Part shown: positions 37,236 to 46,829 of the stretch, in pieces
Position numbering within the stretch: the first letter of the stretch is position 1
Layout of the letters: each line of letters begins with the position of its first letter
From: Octopus sinensis
Lineage: Eukaryota
Length of the DNA stretch: 64,000 nucleotides
Direction: 5' to 3'
Assembly (NCBI RefSeq): GCF_006345805.1
Contig: NC_043012.1
Location: forward strand, 1,054,001-1,118,000
The notes under the pieces: generated by a model
Seen by the model: the letters and a program-made list of their open reading frames with translations, nothing else
Told to the model about the DNA's origin: nothing
Database searches by the model: none
Position numbers and translations under genes: made by a program

Positions 37236-38342
37236 TATATCATATGTATGTGTATACATATGATAGAACAAATAAATAAATAAAATCGAAAAGATATGAA
37301 CAGATATTATATAGAAAATTATTTTTAAAAAACTAGAATAAAAAAGTGAAGAATTTGTTTTGCAAATACCAAATTAATTAGCATACTTCTATTTTTATTT
37401 TATTCTTTATTATTTTAAAATTTTAAATTATGAACTTTTCTAGTTTATATATTTATTTATTTATTTAGTTATTTATTTATTTTTGTTTAATCTGACGAGT
37501 TTATGTTACATCAGAAATATAACAAAAATTTTTCGTGGCTGTTTTTCAAAGTTTTATTTATATTTCTTTTTTCTTTCTGAAAGTTGTAAAGCTTCTTTCA
37601 TAAAACATAAAATAGTTTCCTCTTTAAAGAATTCCTACAGTCTCATTATATTTAAATACTTCATTACAGATTTATTCATTCAATTACAATAATAATTCCT
37701 TTTTTTTTTAGAGTGTTATTTTTCTTACATTTTTCTTTTTAGGTTTTCCTTTTTCATAATCACCTAGTTTTGATAAAACTTGTTGAAGCAGGTTCACCAC
37801 AGTGTGGTATCTTCTTTCATAAATCCAGTCCTCAGGACTATTTGCACTCAGAACCGTTTTCAAATAGAAAGGCATTCATTAACCTAACATTTCTTCTGTT
37901 CTTTCTGTTTATTCGTTTCTGAATAAACTGTTGTAGAATTTGTGTTGAGGAACAGAACTGAAAATGGGAGAATATTTTCAGCATTATAATGGATTTTTCA
38001 GAACAAAAAGCTTATTGGACAAATGCCTTTAAGCCTCTTTGCATTTTGTGTTCAAATGACACTTGGGTTGACTTTTATAGTCATCCTTCTGGTATCAATA
38101 AAATGCATTACTAATATCACAGTGGATTCATTTAAACCAACCATAAGCATGTATGCACACACACACACACACACATACACACACACAAACATACAGAGGA
38201 TGCGGCAAAAACCTTCCTAGATTTACCAGCTGCAAACGCATGGTATAATCAGATTCACACCACAGTGATAACAAAAACATAACTGGTGAAACAATACCTA
38301 TATGAAAATATTATGATTATTTGCTTAACTTTATTAATGTTA

Positions 38343-38622
38343 TAGAAATATTAATATTTCTAAGTCTCTCTAAAGGAGACTACGGCAGCGGTACAGGATA
38401 TTAATAATTATCGCCAAGCTGATATGGCAGTCCAGAAATATTGGACAAATGCTGCCGTTGATTAGCTCCAAGAGGCCATCACCTCTAGCAAGCTATGTGA
38501 CACATGAACCTGTGTCCATTATAACCTTCGAACATCTGCAGACTAGTTTCAGGGTATTTGCCCCTTATCAGTACTGCTGCCATAGTCTCCTTTAGAGAGA
38601 CTTAGAAATATTAATATTTCTA
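38343..38622. mobile_element. Foldback element: 52-bp inverted arms with internal hammerhead-like motif
   Basis: 38343-38394 is the reverse complement of 38571-38622 with 2 mismatches. Confidence 0.7.
38538..38574 (-). ncRNA. Minimal type I hammerhead ribozyme-like motif
   Basis: GTA-CTGATAA-GGGG-CAAATA-CCCT-GAAA-CTAG-TC-TGC; palindromic stem III ACTAGT, GUC triplet. Confidence 0.55.
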
Positions 38623-38631
38623 TGTTTGAAA

Positions 38632-39070
38632 ACCAGTGGATGCAACTGGGGTCTGGGAAGCCAGAAGGCTGCACCAGGCCCAGTCTGATCTGGCAATGTT
38701 TCTATGGCTGGATGCCCTTCCTAACACCAACCACTCCATGAGTGTAGTGGGTGCTTTTTACGTGCCAGACGAGGCTGGCAAACGGCCACGGTCGGATGGT
38801 GCTTTTTACGTGCCACCGGCACGGAGGCCAGGCGAGGCTGGCAAATGGCCACGATCGGATGGTGCTTTTTACGTGCCACCGGCACGGAGTCCAGGCGAGG
38901 CTGGCAAACGGCCATGGTCGGATGTTGCTTTTTACGTGCCACCGGCACAGAGGTCAGGCGAGGCTGGTAAACAGCCACGATCAGATGGTGCTTTTTACGT
39001 GCCACCGGCACGGAGGCCAGGCGAGGCTGGCAACGGCCACGATCAGATGGTGCTTTTTACGTGCCACCGG
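38632..39070 (-). mobile_element. RTE 3'-end fragment (family E) with ~5 tandem ~60-bp modules
   Basis: GGTGCTTTTTACGTGCCACCGGCAC repeats; ends ~90 nt before an NCKX exon. Confidence 0.88.
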
Positions 39071-39162
39071 CAATACCCCTATCGAATTCTTTGTTACTTC
39101 ACTGAACCAATCTATGCCGTTCCATTCCTGTAACCTTTCCTTTTTTTTTTCTCTCTATTCAG

Positions 39163-39524
39163 CCAAAGTTCAAGACAAAGCAGTGAAAATGCATGCAGTT
39201 GCTACTCTGAACGTTGTACTAGATGGCGATTCGACTGCGGAAGGAAACACCGAGAAAGACGCTATACAAAAAGATGGTAAAGACCCGTCCATTCATGCTA
39301 TCTCTAATGGGAAAATAGCCAGCGAAGATCAGGCTTCGGCAAAGGAGCAACCATCTCTGGGCACTGAAGTGGGTAGTCAGGAGACTCAGCTTACGAACAT
39401 GGGTTCGGCAGAAATCGGGTCAAACACTGACTTACCACTTCAGACCACCACCTCTCCTTGCACTCCACCTGAAGTTGAAGAAATAAAATTACCATCTCCA
39501 CAATCTGCTGTGCCACAAAAACAA
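39163..39524 (+). CDS. SLC24A2-like: NCKX loop exon: (A)KVQDKAVKMHAVATLNVVLDG...SAVPQKQ
   Basis: T-tract + TTCAG acceptor, CAA|GTAAGG donor; phase 1 in / 0 out; N-terminal part resembles Nckx30C KVDEKATQLHAIASLKVLLD. Confidence 0.88.
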
Positions 39525-39592
39525 GTAAGGGGTTGTTTTTTGGATTCATTTTAATTAAGATCTAATTAATGTATCTTTTTTTTTTTGTGTGT

Positions 39593-39890
39593 GGAGGCGC
39601 AATGGCCCAGTGCTTAGGGCAGCGGACTTGCAGTCAGAGGATCGCAGTTTTGATTCCCAGTTCAGGCATTGTGTGTATTTATTGAGCAAAAACACCTAAA
39701 AGCTCCACGAGGCTCCGGCAGGGGGGTGGGGTGGAGACCCCTGTTGTACTCCAACTTTCTCTCACTCTTTTTCTTCCCGTTTCTTGAGTAATGCTGCGAT
39801 GGACTGGCATCCGTCCAGCTGGGGGGAACACATACACCACAGAAACTGGGAAACCGGGCCCATGAGACTGGCTAGGCTTGAAAAGGGCAC
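39593..39890 (+). mobile_element. SINE-C head with an alternative 3' tail
   Basis: First ~150 nt match 42109-42260, then diverges. Confidence 0.8.
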
Positions 39891-40722
39891 ATATTTATTG
39901 TATTTTCTGGCAAACAAGTTGACATAGTTTATGGTGTAATTATGTAATGTAAGCATTCAAGTGTCTTCAGTTTTTCCAAACCTTGCTGCATTTCACAAGG
40001 AGTTTTTGGTCCTTCAAAGTTGTTTTGATGTATAAGTCAACCAATCTTTTTTGGCTGTAAATTTTTTTTTTGTATAATTCAACTTGTATGGCAGAAAAAG
40101 TGGTATTTATTTACTCCGTATTTGTCTTCTATGAACAAAAGCAGTATTTTTAGTTGCAGTAGAATAAAGAACTCCCGTTTTAGAAAAATTGGAAAGTATT
40201 GGTGAAAGGAAGGACCCAGTTGTAAAATCCTTCTTCTAATAATTTTCTGTCTATACCCATGCTGTCATAGAAAATTGGACTTTAAATGGACGTCTAGTAA
40301 ATCCATTTATGATGCTTTGCTCAGCCTGAGTTAGTAGAAGATACTTGCCCAGGGTTATATGCAGTAGGACTCTACTGAATCCAAAACTAAGTGGGTGGGA
40401 ACTAAAGTTTCCACCACACAGCCATGCCTGTCCCAGAATGTTATTTTAATCAAAGGGTTTGAAAAATAAATACGTGCAAACAAACATTTGTTTTAAAAAG
40501 TATGATTTTTATTAGACCTTTAAGAAACCAATAAAAGATGGCACGAACATAAACGAAAATAATAATAACCTTAAGAAGATAACTGGGTAATGCCATTAGT
40601 ATCTACGGCAAGGAGGAAGAAGAGAGAAAATAAGAATGAAATAAAATAAAACAAGCTGCAATAAAGAAGAGTGGGGGAAAAAAATAAAGAAAATAATATA
40701 AAATAATATAAAATAATATAAA

Positions 40723-41112
40723 AAACAAGAGCACTCAGAGAGTGCAAACCTCCACCAAGGCAACACCAATGTCGTCTCAAATGATTAGTCAGAGAGGATT
40801 TTTAAAATGAGAATATTTGAAATAAACTCAACTGCTCTCACAAATAATACTAAAAATGAGCCCAAATGCTCTCAAAAATTAAGTTAAAAAACAGGAAAAA
40901 ATAATCCATAATCCTTGTCTGGTACCGGATCGAACCCAAAATCTAATAAGTTTGTGCCAGTCACAAGGCCAAGCATCTCTGAAAATTTCCTCTGAATCCA
41001 TCCAGCGGTTCTTGAGGTATCTCGTCCATGGACAAACAAACAAAAAAAGCAAGCAAACTTGACTGGAAGCAATACCTCTGCCTTTGCTAAGGCAGAGGTA
41101 AAGGCAGAGGTA
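40723..41112 (+). mobile_element. Helentron/HINE (DINE-1-like) non-autonomous element
   Basis: 5' AACAAGAGCACTCAGAGAGTGCAAACCTCCACCAAGG; 3' hairpin TACCTCTGCC-TTTGCTAA-GGCAGAGGTA. Confidence 0.6.
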
Positions 41113-41854
41113 CTAAAGATACACCAGTACAATAACCTTAATGTGCATGAGGAAAATATAAAACTTATACATGGGACTATAGCTGAAGATATTTGTCCAT
41201 GGTACCATCTAGTACAATGGTTCTCAACAAGAGTTCCTATGACCCTTGAAGGGTCCATGTGAGATTTTGCTGTTAAAATTTATATCCAATAATTTGGTTA
41301 CACTTCTACAATACGCAAAATAGTTTAGTAATTTTTTTTTTTTATATAATTCCTTGTTTTGTTTTTTTATCAAGGCTGATTGCCTGGGCCAACCTGACTA
41401 CCTCTCTCCATCCCTCCCGATCTTCCTTTAGTGTTTTTTGGTCTTCATGAATTATAAAAATATAGTAATGGGATTTTGTAAACATTGAATAGCTGTGATG
41501 GTCCACCCATGTAAAATAGGAATCAAAGGGCTCCAAAGATAAATTAAAAAATTAAAAAAATGGTAGAATGCCTCTGATCTAGTGGGACCGAACCTAACAA
41601 CTGAGGAATGTGCTTAACAAGAGAGTCATACAAGCAACCTAACCTTTAGTATTCAGAGTACTCTTTCAAATGTAAGAATAAAGATTCCCTTCGGTTATGA
41701 ATGACCATGGGAATTACACCTAGAAAGTTACTCTCCAAGGCACAAGTCTGGGCAAGGTTATTTTATGGAAGATCAGCAGTCACCTGTGCATACCCCCACT
41801 GATGTTAAGCAAAGGAAAAATAAAGGGGTCGATAACCCTTAGCACCAGTGACAT

Positions 41855-41995
41855 CACACCTCATTTCTACAGTTAAGTGAACTGGAGCAACGTGAAATAA
41901 AGTGTCTTGCTCAAGAACACAGCATAGAGCCCTGTCCAGGAATCGAACTCACTACCTCATGATTGTGAGCCTGATGCTCTAATCACTTAACCATT
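41855..41995 (-). mobile_element. SINE-D
   Basis: Reverse complement of TTCTTGAGCAAGACACTTTATTTCACGTTGCTCCAG. Confidence 0.65.
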
Positions 41996-42108
41996 CAATT
42001 TCTTTCAAATGTAACACTTGTTTATTCACATTGTTTACATTTAATCATTTATTAGCTAACAGGTTTGAGAGTTGATTGTTATTATAATGATATTGTAAGG
42101 TAGGTGTG

Positions 42109-42498
42109 GAGGCGCAATGGACCAGTGGTTAGGGCAGCGGACTCGCGGTCATAGGATCACAGTTTCGATTCCCAGACCGGGCGTTGTGAGTGTTTATTGA
42201 GTGAAAACACCTAAAGCTCCACGAGGCTCCGGCAGGGGATGGTGGTGATCCCTGCTGTACTCTTTCACCACAACTTCCTCTCACTCTTACTTCCTGTTTC
42301 TGTTGTACGTGTATTTCAAAGGGCCGGCCTTGTCACTCTCTGTGTCACGCTGAATATCCCCGAGAACTATGTTAAGGGTACACGTGTCTGTGGAGTGCTC
42401 AGCCACTTACACGTTAATTTCATGAGCAGGCTGTTCCATTGATTCGGATCAACCGGAACCCTCATCGTCATAATCGACGGAGTGCTTCCTACTCCTAC
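42109..42498 (+). mobile_element. SINE-C (tRNA-derived head), full length, 15-bp TSD
   Basis: TGTAAGGTAGGTGTG at 42094-42108 and 42499-42513; A-box TGGACCAGTGG, B-box GTTTCGATTCC. Confidence 0.88.
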
Positions 42499-42624
42499 TG
42501 TAAGGTAGGTGTGTGAGGCAGCCTCTGAGCCAGTTTGTACATAAACCAGATGAACAATTTGGGCCTCATATGGCATTTTTAAATTTCAAAGGATTAAAGA
42601 GGAAAACATTTCCGCCATGAAAAT

Positions 42625-43995
42625 CATCATCATCATCATCATCATCGTATAGCGTCCGCTTTCCATGCTAGCATGGGTTGGACGGTTCAACTGGGGTAAG
42701 GCTGCACCAGGCCCAGTCTGATCTGGCAATGTTTCTATCATCATCATTGTTCAACTGTGGTCGAGACAATGGAATTTACCATGCTACGCCAGACTTCATG
42801 GTCCATCATGGCATTACGGAGGTCCTGTTGCTGGATGCCTGTATCCCTGGAGATTACATCAGGGTAGGAGAGTGTGCGCCCTCTGGTATTGTGAGTAGAT
42901 GGCTTCCAGAGGAGAAGAGCGGAAATTACCTCTTTTTCAGCTCTACAACAATGTCCAGCACACTGGACTCTCCTACCTTTCACAAGAGATGACACAGGTG
43001 GTAGTTTCCCATATATTTGCATTTTGGTTGGATGGCGCTTCCACGAGAGATTTTGAGCTCTCATAAGGAGGCGAGTGTAGGTTCCATCCAACCGCCTCTC
43101 AAGCTTCTTTGATAACGTCCAGGTTTCTGAGCTATATAGTAGAATTGGTTCGACTGTGGCTATGAAGATTTCAAGTTTGAAGTCTCTACTTAGATTTGAT
43201 GACCAGATCTTATGCATGTCATTACAGGCTGACCAGGCCATACCCTTTCTAGTTAGAAAGTCTTTTCCAGATGATGATATGTATGACCCAAGATATTTGT
43301 AATCAGAAACCATATTTAAGGGCGCATTGTTGAGATAATGGATGATGCAATCACTGTTGGGCAGGCACTTGTTTATGTATTCAGTCTTGGCCTCATTGAG
43401 GTAAAGACCTACACAATTTGAGGCTTGTTCAAGAGATTGTAAAAGAGACTGGGCATTGGAGAGAGAATCACTGCTAAGAGCGATGTCATCAGCAAAGTCA
43501 GTGTCTGTCAAGTACTCAGCTGAGTGTCTGGAACTTCTTCTTGGTTTTATTTCAAAGCCCTTGCCAGAGATGGTATCAACTGACATACGTAGCACATAAT
43601 CAACAACAATGATGAAAAGAAATGGGGCGAGTGTGTCTCCCTGCAGTATTCCGGCTTTGATTGAGAAAGATGATGTTTCTCCGTCAGGTGTTAAGATGGT
43701 TGAAGACGTATCTGTGTAGAGGACCTTGATGGCAGAAATGATTTTGTCTGGTATCCCATAGAGCTTAAGGATTTCAAACATCTTGTACCTATCTACAGAA
43801 TCGAACGCTTTAGAAAAGTTTACAAATACCATTGCAAGATCACGATTAAATGCTTTTGATTCTTCAATAAGTCTGCATAGGCATAGTATCTGGCTCAGTG
43901 TTTCTATGGCTGGATGCCCTTCCTAATGCCAACAACTCCGTGAGTGTAGTGGGTGCTTTTATGTGCCACCAGCACAGGTGCCAGACGAGGCTGGT
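42625..43995 (-). mobile_element. RTE 3'-end fragment (family E) interrupted by the nested RTE
   Basis: Left part 42625-42738 and right part 43899-43995 join into the family E consensus. Confidence 0.85.
42739..43898 (-). mobile_element. 5'-truncated RTE-clade LINE of a second family, with an uninterrupted RT ORF and 9-bp TSD
   Basis: NFSKAFDS, GILQGDTLAPFLF, DFADDIAL, YKYLGS; TGTTTCTAT duplicated at 42730-42738 and 43899-43907; (GAT)n tail right after the stop. Confidence 0.93.
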
Positions 43996-44088
43996 AAATC
44001 AAGTTGATTAATTAGAAAAGTTATAATTTATTAAATGTTAAATTATCTCAGGCATTTAAATGATGTTTCTTTGAATGTTTTTTTGCAG

Positions 44089-44268
44089 AAAGAACTTCCC
44101 ATGCCTGAAACTGGTACAGATATGGCAGCGCCACCTGCTGGATTAGTGGAGGAGGAGGAGCCATTAGATATTAGCTGGCCAAAAGAAAACAAGAAACGGA
44201 TATCATATATATTCATGGCACCAATTATGTTTACATTATGGATTACATTGCCGGATGTGCGAAGAGCT
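44089..44268 (+). CDS. SLC24A2-like: NCKX exon: KELPM...EEEEPLDISWPKENKKRISYIFMAPIMFTLWITLPDVRRA
   Basis: TTTTGCAG acceptor, GCT|GTAAGT donor, 180 nt; EEEEPL.SWP and LWITLPDVR are conserved NCKX motifs. Confidence 0.95.
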
Positions 44269-44399
44269 GTAAGTAAAAGGATTTTCTATGTTGTTGTTAT
44301 TATTATTATTTTTCCTCTTTCAGTTTTGTTTCCATTTCTTACCAAGCATCTTCCCAACACTTAGGACAAAGAAACTCACTGTATACATTGGTAGGCCAT

Positions 44400-44765
44400 T
44401 ATTATTATTAATCCTTCGTAATACAGTGTAGGTAAAAATGCACTGGAGTCTTTAGTCAAGTTACAAGGACCTCACACAAATTATATTTTCCATAAGATGT
44501 GGGCTGTGCCCAATAAGGCTGCTTTTTGCAAGACATCAATTTGGCGGGGGATTTCCAGTTGCCTTAAGAAGTCTTGAAGTTTCAAAGGGACTGAGCCCAA
44601 TGCTCCAATCACCACTGGTATCACTTTTACATTACCCTCTCGCACACCCTAGTCTTGCCATTTCCACTTTCAATTCGGAGTACTTGGTGATTTCTTCAAT
44701 CTCTTTACTCACAACATTCACGTCATTTAGTATGGCAACATCAATGATCTGACAGTATTTGTCTT
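44400..44765 (-). mobile_element. R4/Dong-like RLE C-terminal remnant flanked by (TAA)n
   Basis: Minus-strand translation CQIIDVAI...VIPVVIGALGSVP...LQKAALLGTAHIL. Confidence 0.75.
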
Positions 44766-44794
44766 TATTATAATAATAATAATTATTATTATTA

Positions 44795-44828
<34 letters not shown>

Positions 44829-45250
44829 TTCAATGCATGCCATCAAAGTGACACTAGGGTAAAATAGGCAAAGCCCAGTATACCCATCATCACTACCCAT
44901 CTGATAAGGGTACACCAGGCACATGCATTACAACCATTTGTGCACGACAAGGTGATCTCATATCAAGATAAACAGCACATGACTTTGAAGGTGGGGCCCA
45001 GTTAGAATTTTCTTCAGGTCAAGTAACCCATCCTGCTCAAAAGGTCCCTGAATAAGGATTGTTTAAGGATGTTGGATGAAACATTCATGTCTTCAAAGGT
45101 GAATTATCCAAACCCCAAAGAATTCCTCTCAACTCATGGCTATGATACTCACCCACTACTTCTACTGGTGATCAGAGATACACATATCATCAGCCACTAA
45201 GGGACATGCTCAACTGGTTAAGGTCAAACAACTGATAAGCAAATCTGTGA

Positions 45251-45482
45251 AGGCGGCGAGCTGGCAGAAACGTTAGCATGCCAGGCGAAATTCTTAGCGA
45301 TATTTCGTCTGCGTTACGTTGTGAGTTCAAATTTCGCCGAGGTCGACTTTGCCTTTCATCCTTTCGGGGTCGATAAATTAAGTACCAGTTACGTACTGGG
45401 GTCGATGTAATCGACTTGATATCTATGTCTGTCCTTGTTTGTTCCCTCTGTGTTTAGCCCCTTGTGGGTAATAAAGAAATAG
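45251..45482 (+). mobile_element. SINE-B, young, inside an unclassified repeat (44830-45605)
   Basis: Full head GGCGGCGAGCTGGCAGAAACG. Confidence 0.88.
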
Positions 45483-45605
45483 GTATTGAGCAGAATATTT
45501 GTTGTAGCCCATCTTTTATACTAAGACAAAACAATGTGCATGATAACACTTCCAATCAGTTAAGATAAGAAGCCATGAGAACCACTGCCTGATATTGCAT
45601 CAGGG

Positions 45606-45606
<1 letters not shown>

Positions 45607-45687
<81 letters not shown>

Positions 45688-45705
45688 TTATTATTATTAT
45701 TATTA

Positions 45706-45801
<96 letters not shown>

Positions 45802-45825
45802 CATTATTATCATTATTATTATTAT
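45607..45825. repeat. (ATT)n microsatellite
   Basis: Direct. Confidence 0.97.
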
Positions 45826-45839
45826 GACGACGACGATGA

Positions 45840-46550
45840 CGATGCAGCAAGGACCTCAGGCAGACAGTACTTTATGCAATATGTGTGCAGTTCCAAGTAA
45901 TGCCAATTTTTGCAATACACCAAGACTGGAGGGTATTTCTAAAGTTTCCAGATGTTTCTTCATGTTAGGTGGTAGTGAACCCAATTCTCTGTGGACAACA
46001 GGAACAACCTTTATGTTCGGCCCTCCTAGTGGTCACATCTTGACAATCTCAATTCTCAGGTCTCCCTATTTATCAATCTTTTCTCTTTCTTTCATGATAA
46101 TATATTGATCCCCTAACCCAGCCACATCGATTATTAGGCACTCTTGTTTGTCCCTCCTGAAAGTTATTATATCCAGCCTTCAGTGCTCTCAGACCTTGTC
46201 CGACTGGAAGTCAATCTCCCAGAGGATCTTTGCCTTCACATTTTCATCCATTACCTTTTCCAGTGTATTTCGGAACCAAACGCATTACCTCGTATCCATA
46301 CTTCCAGTATAGAGCCAATGAAGGTTTGGGGCTACCTTGTCATGTCTGTGCTTGTTGCGCTCTTTCTGCACAAGACTTTCACAAGTACTGACAATGTGTC
46401 ACACTTTCAACTGTCCCCGTATTGTGCTAAAGGCCTCCGATGAATTTCAGCATGTGACACATCTTTCGACCAGAGAAATTGGATCGCTGCTTTTTGTTCT
46501 TCTTTGGTGCACATTGCTAGTGGAGCGGCCAAGCTTACACTGTAAAGCCA
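45840..46550 (-). mobile_element. R4/Dong-like RLE fragment abutting a long (TAA)n array
   Basis: Minus-strand HIVSTC...RHDKVA...CLIIDVA...KIDKYGDLRIEI...LQKLALLGTAHILHKVLS. Confidence 0.8.
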
Positions 46551-46599
46551 GAAAGAAAAATGATGGGATCAGGCACAAACTTCGATCACATGACCATAA

Positions 46600-46700
46600 T
46601 AGTACCAACTATAAGCCCCCACATGCGCAGAAGACAGTGTGACAATAATAAAGATATGTTATGGTGAAAGGGCGGATAATTTTTGACTTCCCCTCGTGTA
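46600..46700. mobile_element. Possible mariner-type terminal fragment
   Basis: GCGGATAATTTTTGACTTCCCCTCG(T/G)TA resembles a mariner TIR; no partner found. Confidence 0.3.
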
Positions 46701-46708
46701 TATATATA

Positions 46709-46764
<56 letters not shown>

Positions 46765-46768
46765 GTGT

Positions 46769-46821
<53 letters not shown>

Positions 46822-46829
46822 GTATATAA

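Noticed and set aside
38770-39070. ~60-bp repeats (also 30405-30640, 49330-49960) as CRISPR-like arrays
   Set aside because: Head-to-tail tandem units without unique spacers, in a eukaryotic retroposon UTR.
38751-39554. 267-aa ORF as an independent gene
   Set aside because: The 5' part is RTE tandem modules read antisense; only 39163-39524 is a real exon.
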